Notes: generated by a model from the letters alone, not told the origin. 64,000 nucleotides of DNA from an uncultured Gammaproteobacteria bacterium (GCA_964402425.1 CAYOCD010000003.1:4608-68607), one strand, 5' to 3'; numbered from the stretch's first letter, positions 26,139 to 35,749 are shown. Made by a program: numbers and translations.

Positions 26139-27484
26139 ACGGATTGCAATCGTTTATGTAAAGCGATTCTTGCAGCGACACGATCGTCCCATGGAATTTT
26201 TTTTCCGTCCGCAACAGCCATGACAGGCTCACACCCTTTTCCTGTAATCAAGACAAGATCCCCTGGTAAAGCAAGGCAAATGGCTTTTTCGATCGCCTCC
26301 CCCCGATCCAAAACACGGAACAAATTCATCCCCTCTTTCTTCCCCGCTTCCAAGGCAGCGTCTGCCACCTGATCGATAATCATTTGCGGATCATCATCAT
26401 ATGGATCTTCGTTTGTGACAATAACAATATCATCCATGTCCGCACACATCTGCCCAAGTATGGGACGACGAGCAATATCCCTCCCTCCACCAGCGGAACC
26501 GACGACATGGATAATTTTTTTATGAGCAAACAGTTTAATGGTGTCATAAATCGCATGAAGCGCCGCTGGCTCATACGCATAATCCACCACCACAGAAAAT
26601 GATTGACCTTCCTCAATACGCTCAAAACGTCCAGGTATGGTTTCTAGGTATGACACAGCATCCCGAAGGGCTTCCCAATCCAATCCAAGCGCTCGACACA
26701 CAGAAATCGCCGCAAGCGCATTCTCCAAATAAAATCGTCCAACAAGAGGAAGATGAAAATGCGCTCGATTTAACATGAAGCCTGTTGAGTTTGGTGCATA
26801 CACAACATCTTGCGCAATCACAGGAACAATCGACACCGGACGATCTTCCGTTGTTTTCATTATGAAGGCATCGATGCCAAATCCAAAAGAACGATCAAGT
26901 CCGACAGAAAGAAATTCTGATGCATACGGGCTCATCAAATTTACAACAGCAGTCTTTTCAAAAACCTGTCCTTGAATTTTTTTACGACGAGAATGTTTTG
27001 TGTACGTAAATAATTGTTTCTTTGCATGTTTGTAATTTTCAAATCCCCCGTGGGCCTCAATGTGTTCAGGTGTAAGGTTTGTGAATACGACAACGTCGTA
27101 ATTAATTCCAATATGACGAGATTGAACAATACCTTGCGAAGATGTTTCAATGACGGCGTAAGTACATCCAGCATCAACCATGGCTCGCAACATTTTTTGT
27201 GTTGCAAACCTGCCAAGCATGGTCATTTTTTGATCATTCACAAACTCTCGTTCCGCAATCTTAAAACTTGCCGTTCCGGTCCATCCAACGCGAGCACCCG
27301 CATGTTCAAGCATGCGACCGATAAATTCCGTTGTGGATGACTTTCCATTTGTTCCGGTCACCCCAATCACAACAAGTTCATTTGAAGGGTGGCGATACAA
27401 AGCCGCCGCAACTCGAGCGAGTGCGTAGTGATATCTATTCATCAGCGATTCTGGAATCATTTTTCGAACCAATCGTTTCAACAT
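26135..27484 (-). CDS. murE: UDP-N-acetylmuramoyl-tripeptide synthetase (Mur ligase, MurE-type)
   Basis: Mur ligase P-loop GVTGTNGKSST, a central domain, and the C-terminal DNxR/GSAGGGRD motif. Confidence 0.8.
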   Translation of the reverse strand: MLKRLVRKMIPESLMNRYHYALARVAAALYRHPSNELVVIGVTGTNGKSSTTEFIGRMLEHAGARVGWTGTASFKIAEREFVNDQKMTMLGRFATQKMLRAMVDAGCTYAVIETSSQGIVQSRHIGINYDVVVFTNLTPEHIEAHGGFENYKHAKKQLFTYTKHSRRKKIQGQVFEKTAVVNLMSPYASEFLSVGLDRSFGFGIDAFIMKTTEDRPVSIVPVIAQDVVYAPNSTGFMLNRAHFHLPLVGRFYLENALAAISVCRALGLDWEALRDAVSYLETIPGRFERIEEGQSFSVVVDYAYEPAALHAIYDTIKLFAHKKIIHVVGSAGGGRDIARRPILGQMCADMDDIVIVTNEDPYDDDPQMIIDQVADAALEAGKKEGMNLFRVLDRGEAIEKAICLALPGDLVLITGKGCEPVMAVADGKKIPWDDRVAARIALHKRLQSV

Positions 27485-27505
27485 AACAAGCTTATTCTAT
27501 CATGT

Positions 27506-28615
27506 TTATTCTTCCGCTTCTGCATGTCTTTCCGCACGCTCGGCGAGATCATCAAGTGCGAGCGGATAGGTGATGGAATGTGGAACATCTCCTCCTTTTG
27601 CTTTTTCGTGTTCATACAACGCAAGCGCCGTCACACCGGCGTCTGCAAGCGTTTTTGGGAGATTGTCACGTTTTTCTTTCCATGCTTTTTTTGCTTTTGT
27701 GTAAGCAGCTCCCGCCGCCTCAAACAATCCGACCACTTTACGCAACTCCTTACGATCTGCATCAGATACTCGTCCGCCTTTCATGCGCATAAAAATAGCG
27801 TCACGTTGTTTTTGTGCACAGCGCTCTGCAAGATGATGACGCTCCATATCCTTCCAATCTTTTGCTCCTAAATCTATATCTGGAAACGCCTCTTTGATTT
27901 TTTTTTCAAGAGAAACTCGCCCTCCCGCATATCCAATTATCGCAAGACCAAGCTGGCCATATTCTTTCTCACGATGACGAAGATCAAGCGCCGCAAGACG
28001 CACAGCCGTCTTTGTGTCTTTTAAATCCTCTACGGAATTCACCTCAATCGGAAATCCAAAACACGCTTCTGCGTCTTTTGCCGCATCTTTCGCTGTGGAG
28101 AGCGTCATTTGGTATGGACCGTAAACTTCTGTATCTGAACGAGATGCATTTTCACGAAACTGACTTTCCATGAGTCCCATCGCAAGCAAAACACGTTCCG
28201 GAACTCCTGTTTTTTCAGAGGCAAAGTGAGCACTTTTTTGAATGTGAGACCATCGATCTTTATCTCTGCACGCAGCAAAATATTTTTCTTCATTCACCGA
28301 ATCCCCGTAGCGATGTGATCGGATCAGTTCTGCCGCATCATCAAGAGCGGCTTGCATTTTATCGTGAGAAACGTTGTGTGCACGTAATTCCGCTTCAACA
28401 GGATGCTCTACACGAAATTGTGGATCTTGTTCTATTCTTACTTCTTTTACCACCATCGGCACCTTTTTTTCAGGAATTTTTTCTGGTACTGATGCTGTTT
28501 CTACGGGTTTTGTTGCTCCTTGTTCCGCAAGTATTGCAACCCCGCTCATTGCAAGAATACCTGCAACAATCTCTGAGAAAAAATGGTGTTTCTTCATACT
28601 TCCCCATGCTAACAA
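27506..28615 (-). CDS. Lytic transglycosylase (SLT-domain) protein with a signal peptide
   Basis: SLT catalytic motif LLAMGLMESQFRENASRSDTEVYGPYQMT (E-S...GLMQ-like). Secretory N-terminus. Confidence 0.7.
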   Translation of the reverse strand: MLAWGSMKKHHFFSEIVAGILAMSGVAILAEQGATKPVETASVPEKIPEKKVPMVVKEVRIEQDPQFRVEHPVEAELRAHNVSHDKMQAALDDAAELIRSHRYGDSVNEEKYFAACRDKDRWSHIQKSAHFASEKTGVPERVLLAMGLMESQFRENASRSDTEVYGPYQMTLSTAKDAAKDAEACFGFPIEVNSVEDLKDTKTAVRLAALDLRHREKEYGQLGLAIIGYAGGRVSLEKKIKEAFPDIDLGAKDWKDMERHHLAERCAQKQRDAIFMRMKGGRVSDADRKELRKVVGLFEAAGAAYTKAKKAWKEKRDNLPKTLADAGVTALALYEHEKAKGGDVPHSITYPLALDDLAERAERHAEAEE

Positions 28616-28682
28616 AAATTCGTCTGTTCGACGAGTTGTTACGAGTTTGTTAAACTGTTTTCATTCTTAATCTCCTTGCTAT

Positions 28683-28931
28683 ATGGCACCACGCGAATGG
28701 CAACCAATCCCTCTCCCTGTCTCAGATCTTCCACAAACACCACCCCCAGGTCGATATCCAGAAAAAAAAGATCGTGAAATCAATGAACCAGAAGAGGACG
28801 GAGACAAAGAACCAACCACAGACAGAGACACAGGGGAACCAACAACCCCAAGACGCGGGTCAATCATCATCGGTGGAGATGAAGTTGATCCAAGAGCATG
28901 GAGCCCGTTCAAAGGACCAGATGAACTATAA
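28683..28931 (+). CDS. Possible small acidic Pro/Glu/Asp-rich protein (82 aa)
   Basis: The ORF is immediately followed by a strong bidirectional terminator. Low-complexity composition and no SD. Confidence 0.3.
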   Translation: MAPREWQPIPLPVSDLPQTPPPGRYPEKKDREINEPEEDGDKEPTTDRDTGEPTTPRRGSIIIGGDEVDPRAWSPFKGPDEL

Positions 28932-28934
28932 AGA

Positions 28935-28970
28935 AAAGCAGACTCAATCATACGAGTCTGCTTTTTTAAA
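28935..28970. terminator. Bidirectional terminator (aagcagactc...gagtctgctt plus a T-run)
   Basis: It lies between the 28683 ORF (plus) and the murD stop (minus). Confidence 0.6.
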
Positions 28971-28971
28971 T

Positions 28972-30468
28972 TTATGTCACTGTCGGTGCAAGTTCTCCGC
29001 TTCCGGTCTTTTTAATGAGGGCTCCAACCATTTTTTCAAATTGATCTCCACGATCAAACTCATTTTTAAACACACCAAAACTTGCCGTTCCAGGAGAAAG
29101 CAAGACGGTATCACCGAGTGTTGCAACAGATGCAGCAGCAGCAAACGCTTTTTCCATAGAATCCACACGGACATGTGGAACATCCCCAATCGCTTTTTCA
29201 ACATCGTTTGTTGCCGTACCCTCAAAGAGCACAACATATTTACATTCCTTCTGCACAGAAGCACCCATTTGTTCAAAGGTAAATCCTTTTGTGGATCCAC
29301 CTGCAAGAAGAATGATGTTTCCACCGTTTCCAAAACGTGCAAGCGCAGCCATGGTTCCTTCTGGATTTGTTGCGGTTGTGTCATTTACATACATCACCCC
29401 TTCAACCTCCCCAATCACTTGCTGTCGTCCAGGAAGACCGGCAAAAGACTTGAGTGTTTCACGAATATCTTCATCGCTCACCCCAACCAAATGTGCAGCG
29501 AGCGAGGCATAAAGCACATTATAAACGTTATGTTCACCCATGAGTGCGATATCTTTTGTATTTCCAAAAGTTACAGGCATATCTGAAGAACCAAACTTCA
29601 GTTCCTCACCGTCTCTAAATGCCCCACCCTTTCCTTCTGAAAGTGGCGAAAGTGAAACCCAAAATTTCTTTTGTGATTTTGAGTGATCTGCAATTTCTTT
29701 TGTGATTTCTTGATCTGCATTAAAAATAGCAACTTGATCTGGACGTTGCACTTCAAAAATAATCTCCTTTGCTTTTACATAGGCTTCAAACGACGCATAA
29801 CGATCCAAGTGATCTTTGTAAGCATTTGTGAGAATAGCAATATCTGGTCCTTTTCCGAGGTCTTGAATGCTCTCAAGAAGCCAAGATGAAAGCTCAAGCA
29901 CAACCGGAACAGGTTCTTTTTCCTCCAACAACCAATCCAAATCTTCAAGCGGAGAACGTGTAATATTTCCGGCAATCACGGTTTTTGGATTTTTTCGTTT
30001 TAAAATTTCTCCAAGCAATGCCGTTGTTGTAGATTTCCCGCGTGTTCCTGTAATCGAGTAAATAGGAAATGGGCAGTATCGAAAAAACAATGAAATATCT
30101 GACTCCACGTGAATTCCCTCTTTTTTCGCAAGCTCTACAAATTTTGACTCACGCGCAACCCCGGGATTTTGCATGACAAGATCAACGTTTGTAAAATCAT
30201 CTTCGTGATGTTCTCCTAAAACAAAAACTGGTGGATAGACATGCCCTGTTGGATGTGCTTTTCTGTAAGTGTCATACCACGTCATGATTTCATCAACAGA
30301 TTCTTTCAGTTCTGTTTCAGATTTCAAATCTGTAATAACAATTTGTGCTCCATGACGCATGAGCCATTTTGCCGCACCAACACCACTCCCATGTTTAAAC
30401 CGACCAAGACCCATCACCGTTACCATAGCATCCTGGAAGTTTTCGATTTTCGAGAGATCAAGAGACAT
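28972..30468 (-). CDS. murD: UDP-N-acetylmuramoylalanine--D-glutamate ligase
   Basis: VMGLGRFKHGSGVGAAKWL (Rossmann-like N-domain), Mur ligase P-loop ITGTRGKSTTT, and a C-terminal domain. Start taken at MSLDLSK, which abuts the upstream gene's stop. Confidence 0.85.
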   Translation of the reverse strand: MSLDLSKIENFQDAMVTVMGLGRFKHGSGVGAAKWLMRHGAQIVITDLKSETELKESVDEIMTWYDTYRKAHPTGHVYPPVFVLGEHHEDDFTNVDLVMQNPGVARESKFVELAKKEGIHVESDISLFFRYCPFPIYSITGTRGKSTTTALLGEILKRKNPKTVIAGNITRSPLEDLDWLLEEKEPVPVVLELSSWLLESIQDLGKGPDIAILTNAYKDHLDRYASFEAYVKAKEIIFEVQRPDQVAIFNADQEITKEIADHSKSQKKFWVSLSPLSEGKGGAFRDGEELKFGSSDMPVTFGNTKDIALMGEHNVYNVLYASLAAHLVGVSDEDIRETLKSFAGLPGRQQVIGEVEGVMYVNDTTATNPEGTMAALARFGNGGNIILLAGGSTKGFTFEQMGASVQKECKYVVLFEGTATNDVEKAIGDVPHVRVDSMEKAFAAAASVATLGDTVLLSPGTASFGVFKNEFDRGDQFEKMVGALIKKTGSGELAPTVT

Positions 30469-30473
30469 ATAAT

Positions 30474-31136
30474 TTAAAAAGTTCCAATGAATTTTGCAAA
30501 ACGCACCTTTAGAATCGCCCAGATAATCTGGACTATCATCAGGCTGTATTGTACCACAGCTTTCGGCCATCCAACTTTTTGATACTTCCGACGGATTGAA
30601 AGACCATGCAAATCAACAAGACCTCGTTTCAATCTGTGTGTGCGACAATGATAATTTAACGCAACCTCAATCATGAATCCTTGATAAAATTGCGCGGGAA
30701 TATGCTCCAAAATTTCACGCCGCAACGCACGCTCACCACTAATGATGGGTAAATAATGAGCAAGAGCTGTCCAAAATACCCCGCGGTCACGAATTCCCAC
30801 TTGCATCATGGCCGTTTGATCCAAAACGGGACGGATGAGCTTTGCGAGATGTTCACCAGTAAATCCAATCAAGTCTGCATCCAAAAAAACAATCACGGAT
30901 GCTTGTGTTTGTTCAAACCCTTTTCGCATCGCTCCCCCTTTTCCGATATTTTTTTTCAAATCGATCGTTCTTGCTCCCGCTTCCTGTGCCGTACGCACCG
31001 TTTCATCTGTTGAACCATCTGAGACAACAATCACCTCATTTACAAACGAACTCGATAACGCGACACGTACCACCGTTCCGATTGTAGTCGCTTCATTGTA
31101 TGCCGGAATAATAACCGCAATGGATTCTTTATTCAT
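30474..31136 (-). CDS. Glycosyltransferase family 2
   Basis: AVIIPAYNE...VVSDGSTDET...DADL, a GT-A DxD pattern. Confidence 0.75.
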   Translation of the reverse strand: MNKESIAVIIPAYNEATTIGTVVRVALSSSFVNEVIVVSDGSTDETVRTAQEAGARTIDLKKNIGKGGAMRKGFEQTQASVIVFLDADLIGFTGEHLAKLIRPVLDQTAMMQVGIRDRGVFWTALAHYLPIISGERALRREILEHIPAQFYQGFMIEVALNYHCRTHRLKRGLVDLHGLSIRRKYQKVGWPKAVVQYSLMIVQIIWAILKVRFAKFIGTF

Positions 31137-31836
31137 ACAAATTCAAACCACCTCGACGATGATTAAGGAGTCGAGTGAGATATTGTTGTAAAATCTGTTT
31201 CATTTTTGTTCCAGGTGCAAGAAAAGTTTGAGCACGTTCATCTCCTGCCGCAGCCATAAACGCAAAGGAAAGAAGGACTCGATCCAAATAGACGATTGCG
31301 AGGGTAAACTCTTTCCTTGCAAGCGCAAGCGACATGGGATCTGCGTGTAATTCCTCTGAAAACGCGATCGCACATTTAATGGGAACCATTTTAACATTTA
31401 TGCGAATACGAAAGGCATTCTCCGCATCATTGTTCTTTCGAGCATAGACTTCACTCGCATAAACAAATGCGTCATCAGCAAATCGAAACACTTGCTCATA
31501 AAACGGAGATCGTTGCACATCACACACCAAATCGTCTTCTTCACGCATTTTTTCTGCACGCACTTCCCAAACAGATTTTTCCGAAGAGAATCTTGTTCCA
31601 TTTCTCATATCTATTTGCATGGCAAATTCTGCTTCCGCCTGTTCTTCTGTATCGAGTTGTTCAGAAATAATCGCTTGCTCCATGGTTTGAATACGACCTT
31701 GCCCAGATTGATGCAAATCATAAATATCATCGATATCTTCTTCAAGTAAATCGACTTCATCGCGACGAAATATCCATGGGGATTGAGGGTCGGAAATCAT
31801 TGAGCGCATTGTACGCAGAGGAACGGTTGCGGGCAA
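31129..31836 (-). CDS. Hypothetical protein (acidic N-terminal half)
   Basis: 235-aa ORF, operonic with the GT2 gene (8-nt overlap). Confidence 0.45.
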   Translation of the reverse strand: MPATVPLRTMRSMISDPQSPWIFRRDEVDLLEEDIDDIYDLHQSGQGRIQTMEQAIISEQLDTEEQAEAEFAMQIDMRNGTRFSSEKSVWEVRAEKMREEDDLVCDVQRSPFYEQVFRFADDAFVYASEVYARKNNDAENAFRIRINVKMVPIKCAIAFSEELHADPMSLALARKEFTLAIVYLDRVLLSFAFMAAAGDERAQTFLAPGTKMKQILQQYLTRLLNHRRGGLNLYE

Positions 31837-31900
31837 GGGTTTAGAAAAGAGAGAGAAAATGATATCATTTATACAATCCTATAACTTTCCTTTTCTGTTT

Positions 31901-32980
31901 ATGAAAAAATCTTTGATGATTCTTTTGTTGATTATTGTGATTCTTGGTATTTCCTCGCAGATCTCACGTGCAGATGATACACAAAGTCATATTTCAGCAA
32001 CACCAGATATTTTTGATCAAGGAACATTTCATCTTGCTCGTTATAAGAGTGACATGATCATTCAGAGACTCGGAATCGTAAACGGAAACCTTCTTGCGAG
32101 CTTCTCTGTTTCAGAACATGCCTGGTTTTTTAAAGACGCATTCGTCCCAGTAACCGGATCAGATCCCGCAAAATCCCTTGGCTATTCACCAATGCAAACA
32201 TCAGATTCATTACGCAATATCCCCGCAAAAAGTCCGTGCGAAAAATTCAAAGACGCCATCTCCGCTGTTGCCCTCACAGATAAAAAAACACTCTGTCTCA
32301 CTTCGAGTGCTGGTGGAGACTTTACCTTGCACATTCTTCCATCCACAAAAGATAAACCGATCCCGATCGGATTTGGTAAAGAACCGATTCTTGAAAAGAC
32401 GCGCGTAAGTTGGATTGGATATGACGGTCATTTGTATATAGCTTATTTGCATCCATCTTTATTTGCTGATGAAGTAGCCGCACATAAAACCAAAACAAAT
32501 CCAACGGTTTTTCTCCTCAGAAATGGCATCCGATACAGTGTGCCGAATGAACAAACGTATTACTCATGGTTTGACTCATTTGCCCCGGTCACCATCCTTG
32601 CGGACAAAAAAATGATTACATACCCGCTTCAAGCAAAAGCAACATATCGAGCAAATAGCCTCATTCAGTTCGCTGGATCCCCGGAAGTATATGTTTATCA
32701 GCCCGCAAATGACCCCCATCTTCTTTACGGAAAAGATACCAAGATCGCAGAAGATAAAAATGATAAATGGGTTCTTCAAGACCCAAAAAAGAAGGGGGCA
32801 ACAATCGATCTTCACAAGCGTCCGGAGCTGCTTCGTCACATAACATCAGAAACATACGCTATAAACACATTTGGTCCTTCATGGAATAAGCGCATTCTCG
32901 TTTTAGATCCAGAGCTTAAAAAGAAATTTCTTATCTCAGATAAAGCCTTTGTTTCTGAAACAGATATTACATATGAATAA
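31901..32980 (+). CDS. Secreted hypothetical protein
   Basis: Signal peptide MKKSLMILLLIIVILGISSQISRA. Start taken at the internal ATG of ORF 31859..32980. Confidence 0.55.
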   Translation: MKKSLMILLLIIVILGISSQISRADDTQSHISATPDIFDQGTFHLARYKSDMIIQRLGIVNGNLLASFSVSEHAWFFKDAFVPVTGSDPAKSLGYSPMQTSDSLRNIPAKSPCEKFKDAISAVALTDKKTLCLTSSAGGDFTLHILPSTKDKPIPIGFGKEPILEKTRVSWIGYDGHLYIAYLHPSLFADEVAAHKTKTNPTVFLLRNGIRYSVPNEQTYYSWFDSFAPVTILADKKMITYPLQAKATYRANSLIQFAGSPEVYVYQPANDPHLLYGKDTKIAEDKNDKWVLQDPKKKGATIDLHKRPELLRHITSETYAINTFGPSWNKRILVLDPELKKKFLISDKAFVSETDITYE

Positions 32981-32982
32981 AA

Positions 32983-33022
32983 AATAAAATCACCTCGCTA
33001 CGGCAAGGTGATTTTATTTTGA
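32983..33022. terminator. Bidirectional terminator (aatcacct...aggtgatt with flanking A-run and T-run)
   Basis: Seen directly, between convergent ORFs. Confidence 0.55.
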
Positions 33023-33028
33023 CACATA

Positions 33029-33184
33029 TTACATCTCATCTTCTTCCAATCCCATATCTAATGGATTTTCATCTTCTCCCTTAAAATCAACACCTTCATT
33101 TTTTGCACAATCAGAACACATTTCGTCCTCATTGATGTCAATTTCCTCTGCTCCACAGACAGAGCATGTTCCTGTGTCTTCCAT
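33029..33184 (-). CDS. Candidate 51-aa acidic zinc-ribbon protein (MEDTGTCSVCGAEEIDINEDEMCSDCAKNEGVDFKGEDENPLDMGLEEDEM)
   Basis: My own translation; below the ORF-track cutoff. It has a CxxC-x17-CxxC pattern and ends right at the bidirectional terminator. The longer 33058..33567 ORF in another frame overlaps the tRNA and is rejected. Confidence 0.3.
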   Translation of the reverse strand: MEDTGTCSVCGAEEIDINEDEMCSDCAKNEGVDFKGEDENPLDMGLEEDEM

Positions 33185-33317
33185 AAAAAAAATAGATTAC
33201 GCATTAATGAAACAATCTTAATATAAACAAAGATGCGTTGCAACGACGTGTCAAGGTATAGAAGACAACCCTCTAAATGAAAACAAAAACATCGAACTCT
33301 AGGTTCGATGTTTTTGT

Positions 33318-33392
33318 TGGTGCGCCGGGCGGGGATCGGACCCGCGACCTTGGGCTTAAAAGGCCCCTGCTCTACCACTGAGCTACCAGCGC
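33318..33392 (-). tRNA. tRNA-Lys (anticodon UUU)
   Basis: Minus-strand sequence GCGCUGGUAGCUCAGUGGUAGAGCAGGGGCCUUUUAAGCCCAAGGUCGCGGGUCCGAUCCCCGCCCGGCGCACCA. The anticodon loop CUUUUAA is identical to E. coli tRNA-Lys, and CCA is encoded. Confidence 0.85.
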
Positions 33393-33516
33393 ATAAACTT
33401 TCAAAATTTGCGCCCAGCCAGCTTAACCCTGCGCTCCGCGTTCGAAGGGGTTTTGGCCCCATCTCACTTGCAGTGCTCGGTCTGCGCCGACTGTGCATCA
33501 AATTTTGAAAGTTTAT
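33391..33516. repeat. 126-nt palindromic element abutting the tRNA-Lys 5' end: perfect 20-bp AT-rich inverted repeats (gcataaactttcaaaatttg / caaattttgaaagtttatgc) around an 86-nt GC-rich core
   Basis: Seen directly. The core contains the ggggccaaaacccc hairpin. The element lies in the tRNA leader, downstream of a TTGCCA-17-TATATT promoter. Confidence 0.5.
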
Positions 33517-33548
33517 GCACGCAACACACCTCGTCTTTAACGAGCGGA

Positions 33549-33577
33549 AATATATCAGACGAATCATAAAATGGCAA
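33549..33577 (-). promoter_or_regulatory. Promoter (TTGCCA, 17-nt spacer, TATATT) for the tRNA-Lys transcript
   Basis: The reverse complement reads TTGCCAttttatgattcgtctgaTATATT. The gagggg...cccctc hairpin just upstream follows the murG stop. Confidence 0.45.
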
Positions 33578-33588
33578 GAGGGGGTTAA

Positions 33589-34635
33589 TTATCCCCTCAA
33601 CATCTGCACAATCTTTTCCGCACAATCGGTCTCAAGTGCAATACCAAGGCGTTGCCCCATACCAAGACGTATGAGGGGGTCGTTGAGTAATCGGCGAATA
33701 TGGTTCAAAAGTTCTTGAGGGGTCGTTGTTTGCTGATGTAAGACGAGAGCGTCACAATGAATCGCTTTCGCATTGTCTTCCTGCGGCGAGTTTGGCAGCG
33801 GAAGAATGATTGAGGCTTTTTTCAGTGCCGCAAGCTCTGAGATGGCACCGGCTCCCGCACGGGAGACAACAACATCCGCAATCGCGTATGCATCCGGCAT
33901 CTCATCCATCATGGATTCGATCACAAAATATCCCGGTTTCGATAGAGCTCCACCGAGTTTTCCCTTCCCTGTTACATGAATCACATTTGTGATCGCGAGC
34001 AGTTCATCAAGTATCTCCCCCACACTCTCATTAATCCATTGCGACCCTGTTCCGCCACCAAAGACAAATACGGTTGGTTTCTTTGGATCACATCCAAAGC
34101 GTATTTCTGCACGCTCTTTGATTCCTTGTTTCACTCCTTCACGAACTGGATTTCCCACCACAATTGTTTTAGACACAGGAAACGCACGACGCGTTTTTTC
34201 CCATGCAACCGTGATCCATGTTGCAAACGGCGCAAGCAAACGATTCGTCATGATTGGGTGAACATCTGACTGATGAATCCAAGACGGAACCCCCATCATA
34301 AATCCAACCACCACGATAGGGACACTTGTGTATCCACCCGCTGCTGCGATCAAATTTGGTTTTTCGTTCACAAGAATCACAAATGACTGCACACACGCAA
34401 TCAAAAAACGAAATGGAGCTGTCATCCACTCTGTCGAAACATGCCGCACAAGACGCGCTGTCATGATGAACCGAAATCGAACCCCTTCTTTCTTAATAAA
34501 TTCCCGCTCTGGCCCGTTCTTTGTTCCAACCCAAACAAATTCGATCTCAGGATCGCGCTTCTTCCAAGACTCAGCAACAGCAAGAAGTGGCGTCACAGGA
34601 CCAAGCGTTCCACCACCAGTGAATAATATTTTCAT
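33589..34635 (-). CDS. murG: Undecaprenyldiphospho-muramoylpentapeptide beta-N-acetylglucosaminyltransferase
   Basis: MKILFTGGGTLGPVTPLLAV... is a GT28 N-terminus, with the C-terminal G-loop FVFGGGTGS. Confidence 0.85.
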   Translation of the reverse strand: MKILFTGGGTLGPVTPLLAVAESWKKRDPEIEFVWVGTKNGPEREFIKKEGVRFRFIMTARLVRHVSTEWMTAPFRFLIACVQSFVILVNEKPNLIAAAGGYTSVPIVVVGFMMGVPSWIHQSDVHPIMTNRLLAPFATWITVAWEKTRRAFPVSKTIVVGNPVREGVKQGIKERAEIRFGCDPKKPTVFVFGGGTGSQWINESVGEILDELLAITNVIHVTGKGKLGGALSKPGYFVIESMMDEMPDAYAIADVVVSRAGAGAISELAALKKASIILPLPNSPQEDNAKAIHCDALVLHQQTTTPQELLNHIRRLLNDPLIRLGMGQRLGIALETDCAEKIVQMLRG

Positions 34636-34636
34636 A

Positions 34637-35749
34637 TTATTTGAGATGTTTTGAAATATTGAGTACCACTCCAATCGCACACATCAAAATAGCAAGGGAT
34701 GTTCCCCCATAACTAATAAAAGGCAGCGGAACTCCTGTAATTGGCATGAGCGCAACCATAGAGGCGATATTTTCAAATGCTTGCACCACAATCCAGGACC
34801 CAATTCCTATCACAACGTATTTAGAAAATTTATCTGGAGCGCGTTTTGCGATTTCAAATAATTTCCAAAGGAGGACTAAAAACATGGCCACCACAAGCGT
34901 TGCCCCAAAAAAACCCATCTCCTCCCCAATCACCGCAAAAATGGAATCTCCTGCAACCTCTGGTAGATATTGAAATTTTTGACGTGAATGTCCGTATCCA
35001 AATCCAAAAAACCCACCAGATCCAAGAGCAAGCATGGCTTGATTGATGTGATATCCGATCCCTTGCGGATCTAATTCCGGATGTAGAAACGTTGTAAAAC
35101 GTGCAGCACGATACGGACTCACAGTGATTAAAAACCAAATCCCCGCAAGTCCTGTAGCAATAAGTCCTACGATATATTTAACGGGCGCTCCTGCAACAAA
35201 ATAAACAATCAGTGCCATGGATGCGAGAATGGTCATACTTCCCGTATCTGGCTGAAGAATCATAAGAAGCGCAATAATTCCAAGAACTGCTAAAAATGGA
35301 ATGAGTCCTGTTTGAACATCTTGAACCCCACGCTCATCACGTGCACCAAGCCATCCGGCAAGATAAAACAAAAATGTAAGCTTCACGATTTCCGACGGCT
35401 GGACAGAAAATAATCCACCGACAGAAACCCAGCTATGCGCTGTTCCAAATCCTCCAGAAAATCCTGGAATAAAAACGAGGACAAGCAACCCGATTGAAAC
35501 GAGCAATAAGTTCCATGCGTGTTTTTTCCAAAACGTATACGGAATGCGTGAAAAAATAATAAGACCCGCGATCCCGGGAATCAATCCAAAAATGAGTTGA
35601 TGTTTTAAAAAGTAATAACTATCTCCAAACTGTTTGTACGCGTTTGGCGACGAGGCGGAAAGCAACACAATAAGCCCAAACAAAATCATGGCGGAAACAA
35701 TTCCGATTAATCCGTAATCTATTGTTCCGCGATCATGAGAAGGGGCCAT
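34637..35749 (-). CDS. ftsW: FtsW/RodA/SpoVE-family peptidoglycan glycosyltransferase
   Basis: 10-TM SEDS protein with conserved PEVAGDSIFA...GEEMGFFG motifs. Confidence 0.85.
   Translation of the reverse strand: MAPSHDRGTIDYGLIGIVSAMILFGLIVLLSASSPNAYKQFGDSYYFLKHQLIFGLIPGIAGLIIFSRIPYTFWKKHAWNLLLVSIGLLVLVFIPGFSGGFGTAHSWVSVGGLFSVQPSEIVKLTFLFYLAGWLGARDERGVQDVQTGLIPFLAVLGIIALLMILQPDTGSMTILASMALIVYFVAGAPVKYIVGLIATGLAGIWFLITVSPYRAARFTTFLHPELDPQGIGYHINQAMLALGSGGFFGFGYGHSRQKFQYLPEVAGDSIFAVIGEEMGFFGATLVVAMFLVLLWKLFEIAKRAPDKFSKYVVIGIGSWIVVQAFENIASMVALMPITGVPLPFISYGGTSLAILMCAIGVVLNISKHLK

Noticed and set aside
28679-28951. 90-aa minus-strand ORF (Ser/Gly/Pro-rich) opposite the 28683 ORF
   Set aside because: Low-complexity mirror-frame artefact. 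It would have to read through the bidirectional terminator region.
33058-33567. 169-aa minus-strand ORF
   Set aside because: It runs straight through tRNA-Lys and the palindromic element. Its translation is not protein-like.
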